A DNA stretch of 64,000 bases. Source: an uncultured Syntrophomonadaceae bacterium. Lineage in GTDB: Bacteria; Bacillota; Dethiobacteria; DTU022. Of this stretch, positions 36,758 through 46,302 are shown piece after piece. Position 1 is the stretch's first letter. Every line of letters begins with the position of its first letter. Both the position numbers and the translations under genes were made by a program. The notes below the pieces were generated by a model. The model searched no databases. It was not told where the DNA came from and saw only the letters and a program-made list of their open reading frames with translations. The DNA is taken from the NCBI GenBank assembly GCA_964492615.1, contig CAZBKZ010000001.1, positions 33,354-97,353 of the forward strand, in the 5' to 3' direction.

Positions 36758-38536
36758 TTACAACGGCCACATCAATAAAATCAGGGGGATAGCAACAAAC
36801 CCGGTTAAAACGGATAAAGGAAGTCCCATCCGCCAGTAATCGCCAAAGTGGTATCCTCCAGGTCCCATTACCAGGGTGCTGGACTGGTGACCAATCGGCG
36901 TGAGAAAAGCGCAGGAAGCTCCAACCGCTACAGTCATTAAGAATGAATCGGCACACACTGACATTTGTGAAGCAATACTCAGCGCTATGGGGGCCATTAA
37001 CAATGCAGCCGCAGCGTTATTAACAACATTTGATAAAAGCATGGTAATTACAAATATTATAGCCAAAACAATCCAGGGTGCTAAATATGCAGAAGCCTGA
37101 TAATATATAAGCTCACCAATAGCCGCTGCTCCACCTGTTGTTTCAAGAGCGCTGCTAACCGGAAGCATCGCTCCCAGTAGAATAATCACCGGCCAATCAA
37201 TACTTTCATAAAGTTCACGCAGGGAAATAAAACCAGTTAATATCATAACCACTGCTGCTGCTGCAAAAGCTATCTGAATCGGGACTAAGCCCAGCGCAGC
37301 AGAAATCAACGCTGCCAAAAAAATACCGGAACCAAGAAGATAACGTCGCGGCTTTTCCAATTTCAAGCCCCTCTCAACCAGGGGCAGGCAGCCAAGAGTA
37401 TTCATTACTTCAACCAGGGCTTCCGAGCGCCCCTGTAATAAAAGCACATCGCCAGCCCGAAAACGGATCCGGTCAAGACGTGCTGAAAGACGAGCTCCTT
37501 CCCGCGATATCCCAAGCATATTGATGCCATATATGCTCCGCAAGTTGAGTGACCTTGCAGTCTGTCCTTCAATAGCAGCATTAGTATTAACAACTGCTTC
37601 TACTATTGATAATGCATCTGAACCGAGATCATCTTTACCGATTTTTTTTGAAGCGGCAAGCTGAAGGCCTGTAACATCAAGAAATTCTTTTAAGTCTTCT
37701 GCATTGGCCTGAATAATAATATGATCGCCTTCTTCAAAAACCCGGTAAGGAGAAAATATTGGCATCTTTCTTTTATCGCGCACATGGCCTACAACTACAA
37801 TATTTCCTTCGCTGGCCTGTCCCAGGTCGAGGAGCCTTTTGCCAGCATATTTTGATCCTTTGGGAACAAAAACCTCAGTTAAATAGCTCTCTATTTCGAA
37901 TAAGTCTTCACGGGATATACGGCCTTGCCGGCAGGGAATCAGGCGCCAGCCAACCAGAACAATAAAAATAACACCGATAAATGCCACACCCAAACCGACA
38001 GGAGCAAAATCGAACATTCTAAAAGGTTCTGCCATATCAGTATTTTCCCTGAAGGATGAGATAATTATATTAGGCGGAGTCCCGATTTGAGTTATCAGGC
38101 CTCCAAGTAAAGAGCCGAAAGCAAGGGGCATTAAATATATTGAAGAAGGCCAGCCGCTTTTTCTGGCCATACGAATTGCAACCGGCAAAAATAGAGCAAG
38201 AGCTCCTATGTTATTCATAAAAGCAGAGCATACTGTTACGGCAGTTACAAGAACTGCCAGCTGCATAACCTGATTATTGTTAAAACGGGACATCTTTCTT
38301 GAAATATTATCTATAATTCCCGAGTTCATCAAACCTCTGCTTAAAACAAGAACCGCAGCGACAGTTATAACAGCAGGATGACTAAACCCGTAAAAAGCCT
38401 CTTCTCCGGGGATAATACCGGCAAGAGTAAGGATCAGCATTGCCATTAATGCTACAATATCATAGCGAATACGACCCCAGATAAAAAAAGCAAGTACCAG
38501 GAATAAAACGATGAAAACCAGGAGCTGATCAGACAT
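36758..38536 (-). CDS. SLC13/DASS-type permease with two TrkA-C domains (tandem paralogue)
   Basis: ORF track, 592 aa. Collinear with the downstream copy and sharing long identical peptide blocks (for example GFSHPAVITVAAVL and NNIGALALF.PVAIRMARK). Confidence 0.82.
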   Translation of the reverse strand: MSDQLLVFIVLFLVLAFFIWGRIRYDIVALMAMLILTLAGIIPGEEAFYGFSHPAVITVAAVLVLSRGLMNSGIIDNISRKMSRFNNNQVMQLAVLVTAVTVCSAFMNNIGALALFLPVAIRMARKSGWPSSIYLMPLAFGSLLGGLITQIGTPPNIIISSFRENTDMAEPFRMFDFAPVGLGVAFIGVIFIVLVGWRLIPCRQGRISREDLFEIESYLTEVFVPKGSKYAGKRLLDLGQASEGNIVVVGHVRDKRKMPIFSPYRVFEEGDHIIIQANAEDLKEFLDVTGLQLAASKKIGKDDLGSDALSIVEAVVNTNAAIEGQTARSLNLRSIYGINMLGISREGARLSARLDRIRFRAGDVLLLQGRSEALVEVMNTLGCLPLVERGLKLEKPRRYLLGSGIFLAALISAALGLVPIQIAFAAAAVVMILTGFISLRELYESIDWPVIILLGAMLPVSSALETTGGAAAIGELIYYQASAYLAPWIVLAIIFVITMLLSNVVNNAAAALLMAPIALSIASQMSVCADSFLMTVAVGASCAFLTPIGHQSSTLVMGPGGYHFGDYWRMGLPLSVLTGFVAIPLILLMWPL

Positions 38537-38566
38537 AGGCTATCAGTTACACCTCCCCCGGCAGAA

Positions 38567-39364
38567 TTACCTGAGTGGTTCGAGTTTAATTGAGCCGTTG
38601 GAGGTTGCTATCTGAACATTGAATCCTCCGCCGTTCATCGTTCCGGTCAGGCTTGTCTGATCCATTGCTGAAGTTTCAATATTAAGGCCGTTAAAATCCA
38701 GTGACCCGTTGGAAGTATTAGCCTTGATATCAGCCTCCAATGCAGGAGACATGAGCAGGGTGATAGAACCGTTACTGGTCTGGATATCAAGATTTTCATG
38801 CAACGCAGGGAGTTCAGCGCTAATACTGCCGTTTGAAGTATTCAACCCTGCCAGACTGCGCACTCCTGAAACGTTAATATCACCATTGCTGCTGCGAGCA
38901 GATATAATACCGTTAATCCCTGAAGCAGTAATTTTACCGTTTGAAGTTCTTAAATCGGGGTTCCCACCAATATTTTCCAGATTTATGTCACCATTTGAAC
39001 ACTCAATCGAACCGACTGCCAGGTCTCCCGGAAGTTTGATTTCGTAACTGACAGAAACTCTGGTTTCACCATATGGATGAACAGTTTCAATAAACAATGT
39101 TTCCGCTATGTCGATATTAATATCGACCTGATCCAGGGCTTCCTGCCCGAAGTAACTATTCTTGGTTGCCCTTATTTCAACTCTATCCTCATCCCAACCG
39201 CTAATAGTAACACTCCCGTTCGGATTAATAACCTCAATTACCGTTCCGGATCTAACCTGGTAGGCCTGCAGAAATTCCTCTGTTGTCACGGTATTGCTGC
39301 AGCCGGTGAATAAAAGCAAGGTAATCATGGTTAATATATAAAATGTTTTTCTAATTCTTACCAT
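38567..39364 (-). CDS. DUF4097-family (beta-strand repeat, putative adhesin) lipoprotein
   Basis: ORF track, 265 aa. Lipobox LFTGC and repeated SNG(S/D)I(T/N) strands. Confidence 0.72.
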   Translation of the reverse strand: MVRIRKTFYILTMITLLLFTGCSNTVTTEEFLQAYQVRSGTVIEVINPNGSVTISGWDEDRVEIRATKNSYFGQEALDQVDINIDIAETLFIETVHPYGETRVSVSYEIKLPGDLAVGSIECSNGDINLENIGGNPDLRTSNGKITASGINGIISARSSNGDINVSGVRSLAGLNTSNGSISAELPALHENLDIQTSNGSITLLMSPALEADIKANTSNGSLDFNGLNIETSAMDQTSLTGTMNGGGFNVQIATSNGSIKLEPLR

Positions 39365-39574
39365 CCCATCACCCTCCTCCCAGCTGATAAAATACTAACC
39401 CTCAAAATACTTATGTAATTTAAGTTCCTGTACGCATAATAATATCCCGATTTACAAGTGGAAATCAATAGTAAAACCTGATTTGTGTTTATTATTTATG
39501 ATGTGCTCTTTCCCGCCCCGCCTTAATAGTGTATATTAGTTCTTAGTCTATAAACTAAGTAAGGATTGATATGT

Positions 39575-40534
39575 ATGAAGCATTATCTGCCATATCTGGC
39601 CGGAACCGGAGTTGCCCTGACCTGGGGTCTCTCATTCATGTTTACCAGGGGCGCTCTCGACTCGCTATCTCCATTCCACCTTCTTGGTCTCAGGTTTGCT
39701 GCTGCTGCTGCTGCCATGGCCCTGCTCAGAATGCTGAAATTAATCAGAATCAATTTAAAGTTTTCCGATTACTTCAGCCTGCTTCCACTTTCCCTGTTTC
39801 AACCTATTTTATACTTTTCTGCAGAAACAATTGGTATCATGCTCACTTCTGCTTCTTATTCCGGGATGATCATTGCTGCAATTCCAATATTTGTTGCCAT
39901 TCTATCTGCTTTAATACTGCGTGAATATCCAAACCGCGTGCAGATTGTTTTTATTGTTGCTTCGGTTGCTGGTGTTATTTTCATAGTTTTCATGGATAAC
40001 CAGGCTATTGAAGGTGTCAATTCAATCGGTACGCTGGCTCTACTGGGAGCTGTATTATCTGCTGCCTGCTATAATATTGCGTCACGCAAAGCATCAGTTG
40101 TTTATACACCCATCCAGACCACCTGGGTTATGATGGTTGTAGGAGCTATTATATTTAACTTTATTGCCCTCGCCCAGCATTTTCTTTCCGGAAGCATTGC
40201 TTATTACTTTTCACCTCTTTCGGATTTATGGATAAGCATTATCTACCTTGGAGTGGCTTCATCCGTTGGCGCTTTCTTTCTTTTTAATTACGTTCTAAGC
40301 AAAGTCCCTGCCACCCAGGGCTCGGTCTTTGTTAATATGGTTACTGTTGTTGCGATAGCCGGCGGTGTTATATTCATGGGAGAGTCTATATTTTGGTATC
40401 ATTTAATCGGTACCGCCGCTGTAATACTTGGCATCTGGGGTACAAACCGTTATGCCGCACAACAAGGTAAATATATTGATAATCAGGATAAAAGCGATTC
40501 TAAAGAGGCGGTCAAACAAGGCCAGGCATTTTAA
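39575..40534 (+). CDS. DMT-superfamily (EamA-like) transporter
   Basis: ORF track 39566..40534. Ten TM segments. The start is set at ATG 39575, 9 nt after AAGGA. Confidence 0.8.
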   Translation: MKHYLPYLAGTGVALTWGLSFMFTRGALDSLSPFHLLGLRFAAAAAAMALLRMLKLIRINLKFSDYFSLLPLSLFQPILYFSAETIGIMLTSASYSGMIIAAIPIFVAILSALILREYPNRVQIVFIVASVAGVIFIVFMDNQAIEGVNSIGTLALLGAVLSAACYNIASRKASVVYTPIQTTWVMMVVGAIIFNFIALAQHFLSGSIAYYFSPLSDLWISIIYLGVASSVGAFFLFNYVLSKVPATQGSVFVNMVTVVAIAGGVIFMGESIFWYHLIGTAAVILGIWGTNRYAAQQGKYIDNQDKSDSKEAVKQGQAF

Positions 40535-40563
40535 CCTTCCTCCGGAATAACTTTACTCACCTG

Positions 40564-42027
40564 TTATTCAGTCCGGGCCATTGATGCTGCTAACATTTTA
40601 TCAGTAACCCTGCCATTATCAGTATTCCATCGATAGAGCAGGAATACTGTAACTATTACTGTGGCAATTTCTGCAAAGACAGGTGTTATCCAGATACCCG
40701 CTTCTCCCCATATTACAGGAAACAGAGCCAGCCCGATAACATTAAAAACCAGCCCGCGGGACAGGGCTATGAGTAAAGAGCTGCCTGCCCGCTCCAGGGC
40801 TGTAAAAAACATTGAGCTGATAATCCCAATCGGCATAATCAGAAGCGCCCAGCTAACCATTGATGTTGCCCTCAGGGTTATAGCAACCGTTTCCGGATGA
40901 TCCGGAATAAACATGGTTACCATACCCGCCGCCTGCCAGCGTAACAGGATAAAGAACAACCCCGCGGCAATAACGGATACAGTAATAACTCTCCCCAGGG
41001 TCCCCCTGACCCGGTTGGTAAGCCCGGCTCCGTGATTATAGCTGAGAATTGGTTGAGAACCTATGCTAATTCCCAGGAAAAACACTGTTCCAAACATAAT
41101 CAGGTATTGCACCATGGCAAAAGCGGCAACACCTTCACTACCGATATAACTTAACAATGCCCTGTTAAATAAGAAAGTTGTAACCCCTCCGGCAATACTG
41201 TTAAAAAGCTCTGATGAACCGTTAACAGCAATCGTTCGCAATGCTCTGAAACCCCCACCGGGAATACCAATCTGAAGTCCCGGTTTATTTTTAATTTTTT
41301 TATATAAAAAATAGGCAACAAAAATCAATGCGCCCAGAGTCTGTGCTATTCCTGTTGCTAATGCAGCCCCGGAAATTCCCATGCTAAGGGGAAAAAGAAA
41401 TATGTAGTCTAAAATAATGTTCAGAATCGCCATAGCTACCATAACGCCGGTAGCCAGATTTGGGCGTCCGTCATTCCGAACAGTCTGTTCAAGAATGAAG
41501 ATCAGGATCATCGTTGTGAAAAAGGGGTACAGAGTAACCAGGTATTGCCCGGCCAACTCTCCCAGGCTACCTGAAGTACCAAGGATCGTAAGAATAGGGG
41601 AAAGAGCAACTATTGTTAAAATACTGCATCCTATACCGAGGCCGGTGCCAAGGGATATAACCAGACCCAAAACTCTACGGGCTTGTTTACTTTTTCCGGC
41701 CCCCTGAAGCACGGCAACCCGGGCATTGCCACCAACTCCGATCATGGCTGCCAGACCAATAAAGAAAGCCAGGATTGGATATAATATATTAACCGAGGCC
41801 AGGGCCTCCGGGCCAAGACTTCGCCCTACCATTACAGCATCTGCCATGTGGTACAAAGACATAAAAAGCATTGAAGCTATCGCCGGCAAAGCATTCTTTA
41901 ATATCAATGCTCCCAACGGATGTCTAAGAAACAATTCCCTGGCCGGATCTTCGTTTACTGGCAGGGCAGATCCCAAATCATCTGAGGAACATAGTGAGTA
42001 GTTTTTTTCTTGATCGTCGTTTCGCAT
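40564..42027 (-). CDS. MATE-family efflux transporter
   Basis: ORF track, 487 aa. 12-TM pattern and a MatE-like N-terminal motif (LILKNALPAIASMLFMSLYHMADAVMVG). Confidence 0.85.
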   Translation of the reverse strand: MRNDDQEKNYSLCSSDDLGSALPVNEDPARELFLRHPLGALILKNALPAIASMLFMSLYHMADAVMVGRSLGPEALASVNILYPILAFFIGLAAMIGVGGNARVAVLQGAGKSKQARRVLGLVISLGTGLGIGCSILTIVALSPILTILGTSGSLGELAGQYLVTLYPFFTTMILIFILEQTVRNDGRPNLATGVMVAMAILNIILDYIFLFPLSMGISGAALATGIAQTLGALIFVAYFLYKKIKNKPGLQIGIPGGGFRALRTIAVNGSSELFNSIAGGVTTFLFNRALLSYIGSEGVAAFAMVQYLIMFGTVFFLGISIGSQPILSYNHGAGLTNRVRGTLGRVITVSVIAAGLFFILLRWQAAGMVTMFIPDHPETVAITLRATSMVSWALLIMPIGIISSMFFTALERAGSSLLIALSRGLVFNVIGLALFPVIWGEAGIWITPVFAEIATVIVTVFLLYRWNTDNGRVTDKMLAASMARTE

Positions 42028-42262
42028 GGTTTAACTCCTTCAATATATATTAGCATTGTAAAACTGCCAATACTATAGCACTTTGGACCGAAACGACAGG
42101 TAAGGTCCGACAGCAGTAAACAGATTAGTTCGGAAGGATGATTTTCTTTCAAACCTGAGTACATGCAGGTATCGTATATGACAACATTATTTACTGAAAT
42201 ATTGCAGTTCTCAGTACCTGTCACACAGGGGCAAACCTCTCAGAAACATGCTTAATATTAAA

Positions 42263-43741
42263 CTATTTACGAAACTGCTTTTTATCATTATTGCAGATAA
42301 CCTGTATCACCTGGCGCCCTGAAAGCATTGCTCCGGGCAAACCGGCTGGCGGATTAGTCCATTGCCCTACCTGGTAGTAGTTTGACAGCCCGGGCAACCT
42401 GGCTGGTATTTTAAATCTCCCGGCATCAGGAGGCACGATCCAGGACATATAAGCACCCTTATAAACATTCGTATAGCGATAGTAACTATAGGGAGTGGTA
42501 ACATCAACAACCTTTATATTGTTTTTAGTTGCTGGAAATCTTTTATTAAGCTCGGGAACCACTTTTTCAACAAGTTCATTTTTTCTTTCCCTGTAGAGCT
42601 CTCTGTTCTTTACTGATCCTGCCCAATAATCATAACCCGAGCTAAGTGTTGCAGTAACAACGCTCTTTCCTTCGGGAGCAAGGGTCGGATCAAAAGAATA
42701 GTTCGTCAGGTAAAGATATTCATTAAATACTCCACCCAGGTTAATCGGGTTGGCCAGCCTTACTGCCACTTTATTTTCTTCTCCAGACAAATCACTATCA
42801 ATTCCAAAAGATATTTGAACCGAAGTATATGTAGGCAATGATTTAAAACTTTCTTTGATCAGGGGACTGTTATAGCGGCCACGCAGCAGTTCATAAACAG
42901 AGTGATAAAGGTCAGCCGCGGATATAATCAGGTTGCCTCTGACTACTGTACCGTCTTCCATTCTTAAACCAACAGCAAAATCTTCTTCAACCAGGATTTC
43001 ATTTACAGGATTGTTATAATTGATCACTCCACCAGCCTCTAAAAAGCTGGTTTCGAGTGCCCTGGCAAACCGCAGCGAACCTCCTTGTGGAAATCCGGCA
43101 TCACCTGCATGGTGAGAAGCAAGGGTGCTGATCACAGCCAGCATGGAATATCCACTGGGCATAATCTGAGAAAGGGCGTCCCGAAGAAAAGGGCTTTTAA
43201 TCCTGCTGATGTATTCTTCTATCGAAATTCTGGAAAAGCGACCCATAATTTTAAAAAGGGGTAACATCCTGAACAACATGGGAACCATATCCCAGGCTTT
43301 CATCAGCTCATCCGGTTTATCCAGGGGAAATTCGAGGCGAGACATTTTTCTGGCTGCACCTGTTATCTCTTTTATCACCAGCTCATCATCAGGAAAAAAC
43401 TCAAGCAGGTGTGATTCAAGTTTATCCATGTTGTTGTAGATATTTACTCTTTCGCCAACTGATCCTTCAACTGTCATGAATTTATCATGATTGATTATTT
43501 CCATTTCATTTATCGGGCAGACTTCACGCCAGAGTCGATTAAACTGACTACCCGAACCGCTACCGACCAGCCAGTGTATGCAGCCATCAAATATAAAACC
43601 ATTACGTTCCCAGGAAGTGCACAACCCCCCTGGTAAATGATGCTTTTCATAGATAGTTACCTCGTACCCATTTCGGCAGGCATGTATCCCGGCCGATAAA
43701 CCAGCAATGCCTGCTCCTATAATCATTATTTTTTTAGTCAT
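42263..43741 (-). CDS. NAD(P)/FAD-dependent oxidoreductase of the phytoene desaturase (CrtI) / RetSat-like family
   Basis: ORF track 42263..43759. IMIIGAGIAGLSAG...YEKHHLPGG dinucleotide fold. The start is set at ATG 43741 (MTKKIM), 10 nt after GAGGAGG, which overlaps the upstream gene by 8 nt (ATGACTAA). Confidence 0.8.
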   Translation of the reverse strand: MTKKIMIIGAGIAGLSAGIHACRNGYEVTIYEKHHLPGGLCTSWERNGFIFDGCIHWLVGSGSGSQFNRLWREVCPINEMEIINHDKFMTVEGSVGERVNIYNNMDKLESHLLEFFPDDELVIKEITGAARKMSRLEFPLDKPDELMKAWDMVPMLFRMLPLFKIMGRFSRISIEEYISRIKSPFLRDALSQIMPSGYSMLAVISTLASHHAGDAGFPQGGSLRFARALETSFLEAGGVINYNNPVNEILVEEDFAVGLRMEDGTVVRGNLIISAADLYHSVYELLRGRYNSPLIKESFKSLPTYTSVQISFGIDSDLSGEENKVAVRLANPINLGGVFNEYLYLTNYSFDPTLAPEGKSVVTATLSSGYDYWAGSVKNRELYRERKNELVEKVVPELNKRFPATKNNIKVVDVTTPYSYYRYTNVYKGAYMSWIVPPDAGRFKIPARLPGLSNYYQVGQWTNPPAGLPGAMLSGRQVIQVICNNDKKQFRK

Positions 43742-44645
43742 AACCGATGACCTCCTCAATGGAAATTTGTTTTAGTTTTTGCTGCTCAAGTTTTTCACGC
43801 ATCGGTTTCATATAACTCCTGGAAAGTCGATAATGGTCTCTTAAACTATTAAATTTTTTATATAAATTGTCTTTATAATTTTTTATAGCTCCACCCCCGG
43901 GATAAAGCTGTTTAAATGGCTCTAACAAATCAGGGAAATGGTCTTTCATAAAATCAAAAAACACCTTCCTTGTTGCTCCCCTTAGATATAAAACCCCAGG
44001 CAACACATAGTCTACCTTGCAATCTGCACCATTGAATAAAAGGCCATCCAAATTGACAACACTATCTGTTAATAACGGGATAATAGGCATGATGTGCAAG
44101 CCGGTGGAACAACCGGTTCCGGCAAATTCTTTTAAAACTTTAAAACGCTCAGCAGCTGGCGAAGAACCTGGTTCAATCAGTTTCCTCAGTTCTTCGTTTA
44201 TTGTAGTTATTGTTGCCGCTATATTAACATAAGTTATCCTGGATAACTTATCGATCAGATCAAAGTCTCGTAAAATCAGGCTTGATTTAGTTGATATTAT
44301 AACCGGTGTTTTATATTTAATCAGCAGTTTTAAAATCGCCGGAATAATTTTATACTCTTTTTCTGCCGGTTGGTAGCTGTCAGTTACTCCTCCAAGATTA
44401 ATAACATCACCATTCCAGTTCGGTGAACTTAGCTCCCGTTCCAGAATATCTACAATATTACTTTTAACATATATTTTATGATAAAAATCTTCCTTATATG
44501 TATGGCCAAGATGGCCATGTGAATAAAGTGCATAACAGTAACGACAGCCGTGCGCGCACCCCCTGTAAACATTTAAATCCCACCCGTAAGGTATTTTTCT
44601 TTTCAGTTTTGTCAGGGCTGTTTTAACTTCTAGTTCATTAAACAT
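43734..44645 (-). CDS. Radical SAM protein of the SPL / DNA-photolyase-like (COG1533 SplB-type) family
   Basis: ORF track, 303 aa. N-terminal YRGCAHGCRYCYA cluster motif and the size typical of the SplB-like group. Confidence 0.75.
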   Translation of the reverse strand: MFNELEVKTALTKLKRKIPYGWDLNVYRGCAHGCRYCYALYSHGHLGHTYKEDFYHKIYVKSNIVDILERELSSPNWNGDVINLGGVTDSYQPAEKEYKIIPAILKLLIKYKTPVIISTKSSLILRDFDLIDKLSRITYVNIAATITTINEELRKLIEPGSSPAAERFKVLKEFAGTGCSTGLHIMPIIPLLTDSVVNLDGLLFNGADCKVDYVLPGVLYLRGATRKVFFDFMKDHFPDLLEPFKQLYPGGGAIKNYKDNLYKKFNSLRDHYRLSRSYMKPMREKLEQQKLKQISIEEVIGYD

Positions 44646-44830
44646 ATTGAGCTCCCAGCTGGAGTAAATTTAATTAATGCTCCACAACCTAATATATTGT
44701 ACCTTAATATGGACAGATATTCTATGAACTATGCGTAAAAGTTACATTTAACAACTACCTTGTTAACTTGCATTTCTGCAACAGTTATTTATAATTAAAA
44801 AGTATTGCCTCTTTCCGGTTGGCACAACAA

Positions 44831-44848
44831 TTGATAGTATACTATCAA
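44831..44848. promoter_or_regulatory. 18-bp perfect palindrome (candidate operator) upstream of the MFS gene
   Basis: TTGATAGTATACTATCAA is self-complementary. It ends 36 nt before the ATG at 44885 and is flanked by ccggtt...aaccgg. Confidence 0.45.
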
Positions 44849-44884
44849 TAACCGGAAAACAGATACCGAAGGAGAAAATAATAA

Positions 44885-46126
44885 ATGAAAAAAAAGTGGG
44901 CAGTAATGTGGTCAGTATATCTTGCCAGCGTTACAGTAATTGTAAATCAGTTTAAAGTGCCTCCCGTGCTACAGACTCTTATTGCAGAGATGCAGCTTGA
45001 CCTGGCCACAGCCGGTTTAATGATGTCTATCTTTGCTCTAACTGGAGTTATTCTTGCATTTCCTGCCGCTTTGCTGATGGGGAAATATGGTTTAAAAAAA
45101 AGCGGTCTCCTCGGACTGGGCTTTACAGTAATCGGATCAATAGCCGGTTCGCTTTCTACGGGCGCAACAATGCTCCTGCTGGGCAGGGTTATTGAAGGTA
45201 TAGGACTCGGACTGATCGCGGTTATTGCTCCTGCCGCAATTGCCCTCTGGTTTAAGCCAGATCGGGTAGGTTTGCCTATGGGCATATGGGCAACATGGAT
45301 GCCTGTAGGCAGCGCTATTGCATATAATATAACCACTCCGATTCAAGCATCTTTTGGCTGGCAGGGGGTGTGGTGGTTTGGAACAGCACTTGGCCTAATT
45401 TCTTTTATAGTATATGCTTTATTCGTTACCTGCCCACCTGTAACAGACAAAAACAAGATTACTGCAAAAAAAACTTATCCAGAAATCTCTTTTACGCAGG
45501 GGCTAAAGACTCCGGCTATATGGTTGCTGGCAATTGGCTTATTCGGCCCAACTTTTGGGACTATCGGTTATACAACCTGGTCCCCGGTTTACTTTAATGA
45601 AGTATTCTTCATAGACGCTGTTAAAGCTAACTTTTTTACCAGCGTTGTTTATATAGTTAAAATATTTGGAGCTCTCAGCTGCGGCTGGGTTTTAAGCAGA
45701 GTAAAAGATCGTAATTTAGTCTTAATCGGGGCAAGTGTGCTAGCGACTATTGTTTACCCAATAGGTTTTACTTTAGGATCTGCCGGCCTCATACTTCCTT
45801 ATGTTATTCTGATCGGGTTTGTTCCGGCTTATGTTGCCGCCACTACCTTTGCTTCTGCGCCTACTGCAGTGCCTTCCCCTGCCCTGGCAGGGCTGGCCAT
45901 GGCAGCTGTAATGGTTGGTCAAAACAGCGCCACTCTTATTGCTCCCCCGCTAATGGGCGCTGTTATTGAAAGAACAGGCAGCTGGGCTGCCGCGGGCATC
46001 CCCATGCTGGTTGTTATGATCCTGTCAACAGCCGCCCTTCTGATATATTACAGAATAAAAAAATTGACTACCGGCAGCTCATACGATAAAGAAAAAATCG
46101 AAAACGCCTTACTTCAGAAAAGTTAG
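44885..46126 (+). CDS. MFS transporter
   Basis: ORF track, 413 aa. 12 TM segments and an MFS loop motif (GKYGLKKSG). AAGGAG lies 10 nt upstream. Confidence 0.85.
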   Translation: MKKKWAVMWSVYLASVTVIVNQFKVPPVLQTLIAEMQLDLATAGLMMSIFALTGVILAFPAALLMGKYGLKKSGLLGLGFTVIGSIAGSLSTGATMLLLGRVIEGIGLGLIAVIAPAAIALWFKPDRVGLPMGIWATWMPVGSAIAYNITTPIQASFGWQGVWWFGTALGLISFIVYALFVTCPPVTDKNKITAKKTYPEISFTQGLKTPAIWLLAIGLFGPTFGTIGYTTWSPVYFNEVFFIDAVKANFFTSVVYIVKIFGALSCGWVLSRVKDRNLVLIGASVLATIVYPIGFTLGSAGLILPYVILIGFVPAYVAATTFASAPTAVPSPALAGLAMAAVMVGQNSATLIAPPLMGAVIERTGSWAAAGIPMLVVMILSTAALLIYYRIKKLTTGSSYDKEKIENALLQKS

Positions 46127-46168
46127 CTGCTACAACAGTATTTAAAGCTTAGGATTCTATGACATTAG

Positions 46169-46197
46169 TTGACTTTTATATATAATGGTGACATAAT
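46169..46197 (+). promoter_or_regulatory. Putative sigma-A promoter of the riboswitch-protease transcript
   Basis: TTGACT (46169-46174), a 17-nt spacer, then CATAAT (46192-46197). The aptamer begins about 8 nt downstream. Confidence 0.55.
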
Positions 46198-46204
46198 AAG
46201 AAAA

Positions 46205-46292
46205 ATACTGTTAGGGCAAAACCATTGTAAAGTGGTGACGCAAAGCTAAAGGGGCCGCAAAAATTTTTGCAGAGCCAGCCAGTTGCCGGTTA
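46205..46292 (+). promoter_or_regulatory. c-di-GMP-I (GEMM-I) riboswitch aptamer
   Basis: AGGGCAAAACCAUUGUAAAGUGGUGACGCAAAGCUAAAGGGGCC-GCAAAAAUUUUUGC-AGAGCCAGCCAGUUGCCGG matches by eye the conserved GEMM-I blocks (GGCAAACC..., GACGCAAAGC..., GCC.GC..GUU.CCG). It lies in a 5' leader. Confidence 0.82.
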
Positions 46293-46302
46293 GAAAACTA
46301 TG

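Noticed and set aside
36741-36956. 71-aa minus-strand ORF spanning the junction of the two SLC13 genes.
   Set aside because: It overlaps the 3' end of the upstream permease gene out of frame. It has no RBS, and the 31-nt intergenic gap is already accounted for.
41955-42224. 89-aa minus-strand ORF overlapping the MATE start and leader. The 235-nt leader (42028-42262) was also examined as a possible riboswitch.
   Set aside because: The ORF has no RBS and overlaps the MATE N-terminus out of frame. I compared the leader by eye with guanidine (ykkC), fluoride and Mn riboswitch cores and saw no match. Only a short hairpin (ggacc...ggtcc) is present.
44820-44835. TGGCAC-AACAA-TTGAT, a sigma-54-like string upstream of the MFS gene.
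   Set aside because: The -12 element has GA instead of the invariant GC. The string is better explained as part of the palindromic operator region.
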